Positions 20,363 to 28,587 of a stretch of 39,599 nucleotides of DNA are shown here, in pieces (the stretch's first letter is position 1; each line of letters starts with the position of its first letter). Below the pieces are notes generated by a model. That model was not told the origin of the DNA, ran no database searches, and saw only the letters and a list, made by a program, of their open reading frames with translations. Source of the DNA: Actinomycetota bacterium (GTDB taxonomy: Bacteria > Actinomycetota > CADDZG01 > WHSQ01); contig JBOGWW010000295.1 of assembly GCA_050693655.1 (NCBI GenBank), forward strand, positions 1-39,599. The letters are read 5' to 3'. The position numbers and the translations under genes were made by a program.

Positions 20363-21757
20363 ATGGACTTCATGGAAATACACGACTCGCTTCTCGATCT
20401 CATCGGCGACACTCCCCTGTATCGCTTCCGAGCCATTACCAGGAACCTTGCCTGCGACGTGGCGGCCAAGCTCGAGATGCTGAACCCCGGGGGCAGCGTC
20501 AAGGACCGCATCGGGATCCGCATGATAGAGGCGGCCGAGCGCGACGGCCTGCTCCGACCCGGTGGCACAATCGTCGAACCGACTTCGGGGAACACCGGCG
20601 TGGGCATCGCCATGGCGGCGGCCGCCAAGGGTTACAAGTGCGTTTTCACCATGCCGGACAAGATGAGCCAGGAGAAGATCTCGCTGCTGAGGGCCTACGG
20701 CGCCGAGGTCGTCATCGCACCCACCGCGGTCCCGCCCGATCACCCCGAGTCCTACTACCGCGTCGCCGACCGCCTGACCGAGGAGATCCCGGGCGCCTTC
20801 CAGCCCAATCAGTACTTCAACGCGGCGAACCCTCAGACGCACTACGACACGACGGGGCCCGAGATCTGGCGCCAGACCCAGGGCCGGATCACGCACTTCG
20901 TCGCCGGCGTCGGCACCGGCGGAACCATCAGCGGCAGCGGACGTTACCTGAAGGAGCAGAAGCCCGAGGTCCAAGTGATCGGCGCCGACCCCGACGGTTC
21001 GGTCTACTCCACCGCGGAGGCGAGGCCCTATCTGGTCGAGGGCGTGGGCGAGGACTTCTGGCCCGAGACCTTCGACCCTTCCGTCGTGGACCGCTACGTC
21101 ACCGTGACCGACAAAGACTCGTTCCTCGCAGCGCGCAGGGTGACGCGCGAGGAGGGCCTGCTGCTGGGAGGCTCGGGCGGCCTGGCCGTGCACGCCGCCC
21201 TCGAGGTCGCCGCGGAACTCGACGAGCACGCGCTCATGGTGGTGTTGCTTCCCGACTCGGGGCGCGGTTACCTCTCCAAGCTTTACAACGACTCGTGGAT
21301 GCTAGAGCACGGCTTCTTGGACCGTCCCGGCACCGCGGCGCGCATCGGCGAGATAGTCGCCGCCAAACGGCAGCTCGGGCCCGACATGCCGGATCTCGTG
21401 GCGGTCGCGCGGGACGAGAAGGTGGGCCGCGCCATCGACCTGCTTCAGAGTTACGGGATCAGTCAGATTCCGGTCGCCACCTCGGACAAGCCCGAGACCG
21501 TGGACGACATCGTCGGTTCGGTGCACGAGCGGGGACTTCTCGACCGCGTCTTTCGCGACCGGGACGCCATCGGCCGCTCGGTATCAGAGATCATGGACGA
21601 AGCACTGCCCGTGGTCGAGCTTCGTCACGGGATCGACGACGTGGTCATGGATCTCTCCCAGGGGGCCGAGGCCGTGGTGGTCGTGGACGGCCCCAAGCCG
21701 GTCGGGGTGCTCTCGCGCGCCGACCTGTTGGAGTTCCTGGCCCACCAGCCGAGCTAA
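20363..21757 (+). CDS. cbs: Cystathionine beta-synthase (PLP domain plus tandem CBS domains)
   Basis: The PLP lysine motif is NPGGSVKDRIG, with TSGNTGVGIAMAAA nearby. The C-terminus carries a CBS pair (ISQIPVA..., GVLSRADLLEFL). The start ATG follows a GAGAGAGG SD. Confidence 0.9.
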   Translation: MDFMEIHDSLLDLIGDTPLYRFRAITRNLACDVAAKLEMLNPGGSVKDRIGIRMIEAAERDGLLRPGGTIVEPTSGNTGVGIAMAAAAKGYKCVFTMPDKMSQEKISLLRAYGAEVVIAPTAVPPDHPESYYRVADRLTEEIPGAFQPNQYFNAANPQTHYDTTGPEIWRQTQGRITHFVAGVGTGGTISGSGRYLKEQKPEVQVIGADPDGSVYSTAEARPYLVEGVGEDFWPETFDPSVVDRYVTVTDKDSFLAARRVTREEGLLLGGSGGLAVHAALEVAAELDEHALMVVLLPDSGRGYLSKLYNDSWMLEHGFLDRPGTAARIGEIVAAKRQLGPDMPDLVAVARDEKVGRAIDLLQSYGISQIPVATSDKPETVDDIVGSVHERGLLDRVFRDRDAIGRSVSEIMDEALPVVELRHGIDDVVMDLSQGAEAVVVVDGPKPVGVLSRADLLEFLAHQPS

Positions 21758-21780
21758 CGCCGGGCGGGCTTCAATTCGGG

Positions 21781-21825
21781 CTTTTGGAACACCGACGTCG
21801 CCGAGCGAGGTGGATTTTCCAAAAG
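21781..21825. terminator. Hairpin in the convergent cbs / cystathionine-lyase intergenic region
   Basis: A 9-bp perfect stem (cttttggaa / ttccaaaag) encloses a 27-nt loop in unusually AT-rich sequence. Direct repeats of ggcgatttc follow it. Confidence 0.35.
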
Positions 21826-21910
21826 GGGTCGAAGCGGCGATTTCGGGTCCGGCGATTTCAATTCCGTCTTTCGATGCCGGGTTTTGGGTTTGGTTCTTAT
21901 CGCGGTTGTC

Positions 21911-23068
21911 CTAACTCGCCGCCAGCGCCTGGTCGAGGTCGGCGACGAGGTCGTCGGGATGCTCGATCCCGACCGACAACCTCACGAGGGAGTCCGAGAC
22001 CTCGAAGCCGGATCCGATCAGGCTGGCGTGGGTCATCTTGCCGGGATGCTCGATGAGGCTCTCGACGCCGCCCAGGCTCTCGCCCAACCAGAAGAGCTTC
22101 GTTCTGGCGCACGCCGCGAGCGCCAGGTCCTCGCTCGCGGCCTCGAAGCCCACCATGCCTCCATAGAGGGGAGTACCGGCCGCCGACATCTGCCGCGTCG
22201 CGACATCGTGACCGGGAAACCCGGAGTCCCCCGGATAGTGAACCCGCGTCACCGCGGGATGGGAGTGGAGATGCTCCGCCACTCGCTCGGCCCCCTCGCT
22301 GTGAGCGCGCATCCGTATCGCCAGGGTCTTGAGTCCGCGCAGGAGCAGCCAGCAGTCCATGGGCCCCGGGACCGCCCCGACGGCGTTCTGCAGGAAGCGC
22401 AAACGGTCGGTCAACCCATCGTCGCCCGTGGTGACGGCCCCCATGACGAGATCGGAATGACCGCCGAGGTACTTGGTGGCCGAATAGACGACCGCGTCGG
22501 CGCCGAAGTCGAGCGGCCGCTGCAGGTAGGGGGTGGCGAAGGTGTTGTCCACCACCACGAGAGCGCCGGCCTCGTGGCCGAGCCGGGACAGCGCGGCCAG
22601 GTCCAACACCTTGAGCAACGGGTTGGTGGGCGTCTCGGCGACGAGAAGATCGACGCCTGAAGCGCAGGCCCCGGCGACCGCTTCGAGATCCGTCATGTCC
22701 ACGGCCTCGAAGGTGAGCCCAAGCTGGTTGAAGACCCGGGCGAAGAGCCTGTGGGTACCGCCGTAGACGTCGTCGGGAATCAGAACCCTGTCTCCCGAGC
22801 TCAAGGTCATGGCCAGGGTGGTGATCGCCGCCATGCCGGAGGCGAAGGAAACACAGTGTTCGGTCCCCTCGAGGGCGGCGAGACAGGTCTCGAGGGATCG
22901 GCGGGTGGGGTTGTCGGTCCGAGAATATTCAAATCCTTTGTGCGTTCCTACAGCTTGCTGGACGTAAGTCGATGTTTGATAGATGGGGACCACGGCCGAG
23001 CCGGTGGTTGGGTCGGGGTCCTGGCCCGTATGGATGGCAACGGTTTCAAAACGAATATCCTCGGACAC
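21911..23068 (-). CDS. Cystathionine gamma-lyase/gamma-synthase family PLP enzyme
   Basis: After the GTG start the product reads SEDIRFETVAIHTGQDPDPTTGSAVVPIYQTSTY. The PLP lysine motif is YSATKYLGGHSD. The 628-aa track ORF is an artefactual 5' extension antisense to the neighbouring gene. Confidence 0.9.
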   Translation of the reverse strand: MSEDIRFETVAIHTGQDPDPTTGSAVVPIYQTSTYVQQAVGTHKGFEYSRTDNPTRRSLETCLAALEGTEHCVSFASGMAAITTLAMTLSSGDRVLIPDDVYGGTHRLFARVFNQLGLTFEAVDMTDLEAVAGACASGVDLLVAETPTNPLLKVLDLAALSRLGHEAGALVVVDNTFATPYLQRPLDFGADAVVYSATKYLGGHSDLVMGAVTTGDDGLTDRLRFLQNAVGAVPGPMDCWLLLRGLKTLAIRMRAHSEGAERVAEHLHSHPAVTRVHYPGDSGFPGHDVATRQMSAAGTPLYGGMVGFEAASEDLALAACARTKLFWLGESLGGVESLIEHPGKMTHASLIGSGFEVSDSLVRLSVGIEHPDDLVADLDQALAAS

Positions 23069-23899
23069 TTGTGCGCTCCAGTTCGTGAGGCGGAGGGACT
23101 GAAGATCGACGTTTTCTCTAACACGCAGGCAGACGGCTTCATTGCAGTCGTCGGCCAGCTTCGCAAAGACCACGGCCGGCTGCCGCTCTCTTACGTAGAG
23201 GCGGTTGAGAGCGCCGGGGGCAGCGCGCGCGTGATCTCGACCTTTCAGGTGCTGGCCGGTGAGGAGGTTCCCGCGGGTCTCGAGGCCGTCACCGGAGTCG
23301 AGGAGACGGATACCTCGGTGCTCGACGGCGCCGTTGGCCTGCTCCTCCCCGGCGGAGGCGACATCGACCCCTCGTGGTACGGCTGCGAGACCCATCCCCA
23401 GACCAACCGGATAAGCCACCGGCGCGATCGGTTCGAGCTGAACCTGATCCGAGTGGCGCTGGAGCGAGACATGCCGATCCTGGGGATCTGTCACGGCATG
23501 CAGCTGCTGAACGTGCGCTTCGGCGGAACTCTGGATCAAAACCTCGGCGACGATCCCAAGTGCATCCGACACGATGTCGGGATGCCCAGCCCCCAGCCCG
23601 TTCACGGGATCGGCGTCGAGCCCCACAGCGTGCTGGCCGAGATCCTGGGAGCAACCCGGCTCGAGGTGAACTCGCATCACCACCAGGGCGTGGCCCGGCT
23701 CGCCGAGGGTCTCGAGAGCGCGGCCTGCGCGGACGACGGCGTGCTCGAGGCGCTCGTCGCGCCCGCCTACTCGTGGGTGGTGGCGGTGCAGTGGCATCCC
23801 GAGGCGATGACCGGCGACGCCGCGCAGCGGCGGCTGTTCGAGAGCTTCGTGGAGGCGAGCGAGGAATTCGGGGCCCTCTTCGACCGGGTAGCCAGCTAA
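23069..23899 (+). CDS. Class-I glutamine amidotransferase, peptidase C26 / gamma-glutamyl-GABA hydrolase-like
   Basis: It has YVEAVESAGG, the nucleophile motif GICHGMQ and the His motif VQWHPE. The start is uncertain. Candidates are TTG 23069, ATG 23030 and the non-canonical ATC 23105, which sits 7 nt after GGAGGG. Confidence 0.75.
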   Translation: MCAPVREAEGLKIDVFSNTQADGFIAVVGQLRKDHGRLPLSYVEAVESAGGSARVISTFQVLAGEEVPAGLEAVTGVEETDTSVLDGAVGLLLPGGGDIDPSWYGCETHPQTNRISHRRDRFELNLIRVALERDMPILGICHGMQLLNVRFGGTLDQNLGDDPKCIRHDVGMPSPQPVHGIGVEPHSVLAEILGATRLEVNSHHHQGVARLAEGLESAACADDGVLEALVAPAYSWVVAVQWHPEAMTGDAAQRRLFESFVEASEEFGALFDRVAS

Positions 23900-23950
23900 C
23901 GGCCCAAGGCCAAAGGCGGCACCAAAGGGGGAATTTAGCGTTCCGCAGCC

Positions 23951-25372
23951 CTAGTTCTGCGGCCCTCCGAAGTCGGGCTGGCCCATGACCGAGGAGGCGT
24001 CCGAGCGACCCTCTTCCCAGGCCACGCGCTCGGCCACGATGCCGCCGCCCTCGGAGGTCACCGCGAGAAACGCTCCCCGACTCGACCCCAGGTCGTCGAG
24101 CGAGACCGACACCCGTAAACCGGCCGGCACCGTGATTCCCTGGAGTTGCTCCGGGCGTGCACCTTCCCCGGACCCGTTGTAGACCACCACGTCCACCGTC
24201 GCGTCCCGCGGGGTCGGATTCTGAAGGACCAGGGATTCGGTCGTGGGCCGGGTCGAAGGCGGCGCCACCAGCCAGGCGTCCGAGGCGCGCGTGGCTCCCA
24301 CCTCGGTGATACGGCCGGTCATCTGGCCGCCGTCAAACACGGTCGTGGAATCGGCCACGATGGGAACCTCGTTGTCGACCGTAACCACAGCGCTTACGCC
24401 GCCGACATTGCGTCTCCTCGCGTCCAGCCGGTTGGCGACCGCCAAACGCGTCGCGGATTGGGGCGGGACTGCGATCTCGATGAGCTTGGAGGACTGGACC
24501 GGCCCCTCGTTCGTCGACAGGGCCACCGAGACGCTGGACTCCTGCTCGTTGGGGTTCATGAGGGTGATGGTCTGCCGGGCCTGCCCGCTCACCTCGCCCG
24601 CGGGGAAGTACCACTCGGTGGCCGGAGCGGGAGCACCCAGAGAGAACTCGAGGCCCGGGGATTCACCCTCCGGATTCGTCCACAGCGCTTTCCAGGCGAT
24701 GACCCGGCCGCGCACCGAGTGCAGACGAACGGACAACAGGTCTTGGGGAATGGCGGCTCCGCTGATGGAGACGACCTCGACCTGCCCGGAGGCTACGGCG
24801 ACCTCGGAGAGCTGCGCCGATGTCTCCTCGCCCTCCTCGGTCAAGAAGTTGACCCGGACCACCGCCTCGTCGGGGAACGGGTTCGCCACGACGAGCCGGT
24901 AGTCCGTTGCTACCGAACTGTCGCCGCTCGGGAAGTACCAGTTCTGCGAGGAGTCCGTGGCGCAGGTACCGGCCCCCACTCCCTCGACGGTCCCCGAACG
25001 TCCGACTCGAGCGTTCACGAAATGAGAGGTGGCAGCCGCGACCGGTGAGCCAAAGCCCTCGGCCACCACCGGTTCGGGGGTCTCGATCGGGCGCGTGACC
25101 GTGGATCCGGCGGACAGCTCCAGAGGCTCAGGCTCCGGGGGTTCGAGTTCGACCGGGACCACATCCGGCGACGCGGTCGCGAGCGAGACATTCGCCCCCG
25201 ACCCCTCCTCGAGGATTCGAGAGGAACAGAACTGTGCCCGTTCGAAAAACGGGGGGCCCGGTTGCTCGGCCGAGGAGGGCTCCGCGTCATCCGTCGCGAG
25301 ATCGAACCCGATACCGGCGAGCATGAGCACGGCCACCGCGATGAGCAGCGTCAGGTCACGCATGCGCTCCAT
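23951..25372 (-). CDS. Membrane-anchored extracytoplasmic protein of unknown function (DUF5719-like), coupled to the GT2 gene
   Basis: An N-terminal TM helix (LTLLIAVAVLMLAGIG) is followed by a long beta-rich region with repeated WYFP(S/A)G motifs. Its ATG at 25372 overlaps the TGA of the upstream GT2 gene. The family assignment is from memory. Confidence 0.55.
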   Translation of the reverse strand: MERMRDLTLLIAVAVLMLAGIGFDLATDDAEPSSAEQPGPPFFERAQFCSSRILEEGSGANVSLATASPDVVPVELEPPEPEPLELSAGSTVTRPIETPEPVVAEGFGSPVAAATSHFVNARVGRSGTVEGVGAGTCATDSSQNWYFPSGDSSVATDYRLVVANPFPDEAVVRVNFLTEEGEETSAQLSEVAVASGQVEVVSISGAAIPQDLLSVRLHSVRGRVIAWKALWTNPEGESPGLEFSLGAPAPATEWYFPAGEVSGQARQTITLMNPNEQESSVSVALSTNEGPVQSSKLIEIAVPPQSATRLAVANRLDARRRNVGGVSAVVTVDNEVPIVADSTTVFDGGQMTGRITEVGATRASDAWLVAPPSTRPTTESLVLQNPTPRDATVDVVVYNGSGEGARPEQLQGITVPAGLRVSVSLDDLGSSRGAFLAVTSEGGGIVAERVAWEEGRSDASSVMGQPDFGGPQN

Positions 25373-28300
25373 CAGGAAGGCGGCCTCCTCTTTTCGCTCC
25401 GGCGGCTCGGGAAGGCGGCTCCGATCATGAACAACCACAGCAGGGGCAGCACCACCAGCCACGCGTAGTCGATCAGGGAGCGGGAGAACTCAAGTTCGAG
25501 CGGCGCCTCATCACCGCCGGGAAGATCGAACGCGTTGCCCCACCCGGACTCGGTGCGTTCCAACTCGTCCCCGCCGCTCGTCGCGCTCCAGTTCTCGTCG
25601 CGCGTCTCGGCCAAGAAGACAACTCCCGGTACCGAGACCTGAGAAGCGCGGTATTTCGAGGGATCCTCGCGCGCCAGGATCGCGTGCTCGGAGGGAGGTT
25701 CGCCCGAAGCAATCGTGGGATCCTCCTCCGAGATCGCGGCCACGTAGGGAGGGAGCTCCTCGTACACCGCCGCGCGCTCCAGGGCCGCGGCGTTCTCGAA
25801 CACGAGGAAGTCGCTCTCGCTGCGGATCAGAGCGAGGTCACGCTGCGCTCGCCAGGGACGCGTCTCGGAATCGCGGTCGACGATGATGAATCGAATGTTG
25901 AAGCTTCCCAAGAGGCTTCCCGCGCGGTCGGTCTCTCCCGACTGGATCGAGCCGACGACCTCCTCCAGTCGTTGAGCGCCGTCGCCGGTGTTGCCCGCGA
26001 AGAGATCGTCGAGAGCGGGACCATTCGGGTCCGTCAGGAAACCGGCCCAGTGGGGACGAGCCGAAGTGGCGGCCCCGCCGGTCCAATCCCGCCCCACCCA
26101 AAGCGCCCGGAAGTCCCCTTGGCGCGCAGAGTCCGCCCGCAACAGCGCGGTGATCTGATCCGTCTCGGTCGCCTCGGGCGCGCTGCCATCGCCCATTCCG
26201 GGGGCCCAATCCCCTCCCGCCAGCGTCGGGGCCAGGCCGGTGACGGCCAGAAACAGCGCGGCGGCGAGTCCGGCAACGGTGACCCCCTGCACGAGTCCGA
26301 ACCCTCGTCGGGGGAGGTCGAGACGAAAGGCGCCGACCGCAAGACCGGCCAGGCCCGAGAACGAGAGAGAGATCAGAACGCCCATCTCCGTCGGCGAAGC
26401 GACCGCCGGGGCCAGGATCCCCGACGCGGTGGCCGTCACGAGAAAACCCATGCCCACGATCAACGCCCAGAGTGCGATCGCCAGCCGGCGCCGTTGCCCG
26501 GCTCCGGTGGCAACGGCCACCACTCCCAGAACGGGAAGAGCAAGCCCCAGCAGCACGGGACCCTCCGGAGTCTGGCCGAGCAACACGCTGATCATCCCGT
26601 GGCCGTTGAAATGAGTGACGAAATCCGCGTAGGGCGCCCCCGCATTCAGGACCGACAGCGCGCCACCCTCGCTCGCCCAGCTCAGACTCCAGGGCAAGAG
26701 CAGCGCCCAGCCGAGCGCCAGACCGATAAGGCATCCGCCGAGCCCCTTCAGTTCGGTCCCGGCCCTCCCCACCACCGTGCGAATGGCGGTCAGAAGCAGG
26801 GCCGCGAGGAGGTAGAGGAACAGAGAGCCGGGCACGAACGCGGCCGATAGGGCCGCGAACAGCCCGAGGGTCGCCACCTCGCGTCCCGCCGACCAGCGCG
26901 CGGGTCGAACCCAACCGACCAGCCGCAGAATCGACAACAGCACGTAGGGGGCAGCCGCACCGAAGACGAGAGATCCCAGCGCGCCGGCGCGCAGGCCCGC
27001 GTAGCCGACGGCTCCGAGCACGTACACGACACCCGTCGTGAAGCGAGCGGGACGATCCACCAGTTCGGAAACGAGCCGCGTGGCTCCGAAAAAGGCGGCG
27101 GCGGCCAGCAGCAGGAGTAGGAGCTTCTGGGCGAAGCCCGCCGCCCCGAAACTGACAAACTGCACCACACCCAGTACCAGGAACGACGTCGGGGCCGGTC
27201 CGGGACCACCCAAACCGGCGTCCTGCCAGGGCGAGGCCCACTGGCGCCACATCGATGTCGCGCGTCCGGGAAAGGGCAAGAGCTCGCCGAACGTCGCGGC
27301 CGGCGCCCAAAAGAGGTCTCTGAAGCCCAGAACGACAAACACGAGGATCGCGATGACCGCGGCGATCTGCCAGCCCCTGATGCGTGCCGTGGCGGCGCGC
27401 GCTTGAGTCGTCCGGCGAGACACGATGTCTGCCCTGCGGCCCCAGGTCTCCTCCAGGCGTTCTGCTTGGTCGAGCGCGTACGCCCCCAAACGCGCCGGGA
27501 GGCGCACCATGAGCCGCGTCAGTTCGGTGTCGGTAACCTTTCGAGTGCTTTGCACCCGCCTGCGCTCGCCCAGAGTCTGCGGGAATCGCACGAGATTCCA
27601 CGTCAGCGCGCGCCCGAGATTCCCGACCTCACGTGGTTCCCGGAGTATGAGAAAGCTCAACATCTCGCCGATGGTCAGCAACACGAACAAGGGGATCAGC
27701 GTCAGGAGACGCAGCCCCGACGCGTTCTTGGTGATCGTGTGGAGACGGTTGCGACGGATGAAGTAGCGCGGGGGCCCGAAGCGCGTCGAGCGCTGCCCCC
27801 TCGCCATCGAGATTGCGTGTCGCGCCCTCGCTGCGGGTTCCAGCCTCACCGTGTACCCCAATAAGCGCGCGCGCCAGCAGAGATCCAGGTCTTCGCTGTA
27901 CGCGCCGAGATGCGCATCAAAACCGCGCATGCGCTTGAAGACGTCGTGGCGGATGAGCATGACCGTACTGGTTACGTAGAAGACCTCGGTCGAACGGTCG
28001 TGCTGACCGAGGTCGATCTCTCCTTGTTCCAAGCCCTTGTAGGGGTAGCCGAAACGGTCGATCGCCATGCCGACCTCTTCGAGGATGGTCGGATCGCTCC
28101 AGGAGACGATCTTGGGTCCCACCACCGCCGTCCTCTCGTCGTCCCGCAGCCGTTCGGCCATTCTCGCCACGGATTGAGGCGTGAGCGCGGCATCATCGTG
28201 GACGAAGAGCAGATAGTCGGCGTCGGTCCTGACACGAGAGAGCGCCCAGTTGATCGCAGCGCCGTACCCAAGGGGGCGCGGGGTGCGCAGATAACCCCAT

Positions 28301-28554
28301 CTCCTTCGACGAACGTGACGCTTGACGATTCGCTTGAGACGCGGTTCCTCGCGCGGGCGCGACGATGCATCGTCCACGACCAGGATGTCGAGGTTCTCGT
28401 AGTCTTGGTTTGCAAGCGCGACGAGGGAGTCCCGAAGCCATCGCCGGCCGTCGTGCGTCACCACGATGGCCAGAACGCTCGGCTGTTCGGGAGGTGCACT
28501 CACCGCTTCCGGGTCCCAGGACCCGCGCGGCACCGAAGTCGTCTCAGTACTCAT
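25372..28554 (-). CDS. Family-2 glycosyltransferase fused to a large polytopic membrane domain (1060 aa)
   Basis: GT2 motifs are present at the N-terminus (VLAIVVTHDG, ILVVDDASS, FVHDDA, EDLDLCWR). These are followed by about 700 aa of hydrophobic segments. Confidence 0.85.
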   Translation of the reverse strand: MSTETTSVPRGSWDPEAVSAPPEQPSVLAIVVTHDGRRWLRDSLVALANQDYENLDILVVDDASSRPREEPRLKRIVKRHVRRRRWGYLRTPRPLGYGAAINWALSRVRTDADYLLFVHDDAALTPQSVARMAERLRDDERTAVVGPKIVSWSDPTILEEVGMAIDRFGYPYKGLEQGEIDLGQHDRSTEVFYVTSTVMLIRHDVFKRMRGFDAHLGAYSEDLDLCWRARLLGYTVRLEPAARARHAISMARGQRSTRFGPPRYFIRRNRLHTITKNASGLRLLTLIPLFVLLTIGEMLSFLILREPREVGNLGRALTWNLVRFPQTLGERRRVQSTRKVTDTELTRLMVRLPARLGAYALDQAERLEETWGRRADIVSRRTTQARAATARIRGWQIAAVIAILVFVVLGFRDLFWAPAATFGELLPFPGRATSMWRQWASPWQDAGLGGPGPAPTSFLVLGVVQFVSFGAAGFAQKLLLLLLAAAAFFGATRLVSELVDRPARFTTGVVYVLGAVGYAGLRAGALGSLVFGAAAPYVLLSILRLVGWVRPARWSAGREVATLGLFAALSAAFVPGSLFLYLLAALLLTAIRTVVGRAGTELKGLGGCLIGLALGWALLLPWSLSWASEGGALSVLNAGAPYADFVTHFNGHGMISVLLGQTPEGPVLLGLALPVLGVVAVATGAGQRRRLAIALWALIVGMGFLVTATASGILAPAVASPTEMGVLISLSFSGLAGLAVGAFRLDLPRRGFGLVQGVTVAGLAAALFLAVTGLAPTLAGGDWAPGMGDGSAPEATETDQITALLRADSARQGDFRALWVGRDWTGGAATSARPHWAGFLTDPNGPALDDLFAGNTGDGAQRLEEVVGSIQSGETDRAGSLLGSFNIRFIIVDRDSETRPWRAQRDLALIRSESDFLVFENAAALERAAVYEELPPYVAAISEEDPTIASGEPPSEHAILAREDPSKYRASQVSVPGVVFLAETRDENWSATSGGDELERTESGWGNAFDLPGGDEAPLELEFSRSLIDYAWLVVLPLLWLFMIGAAFPSRRSEKRRPPS

Positions 28555-28587
28555 AAATGTGGGGCTTGGAAGCCATGGCTGTTCGGC

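Noticed and set aside
21911-23797. 628-aa minus-strand ORF suggesting a fused or large cystathionine-lyase protein
   Set aside because: The N-terminal ~240 aa are Arg/His/Gly-rich shadow sequence antisense to the amidotransferase gene. Conserved lyase sequence starts right after the GTG at 23068.
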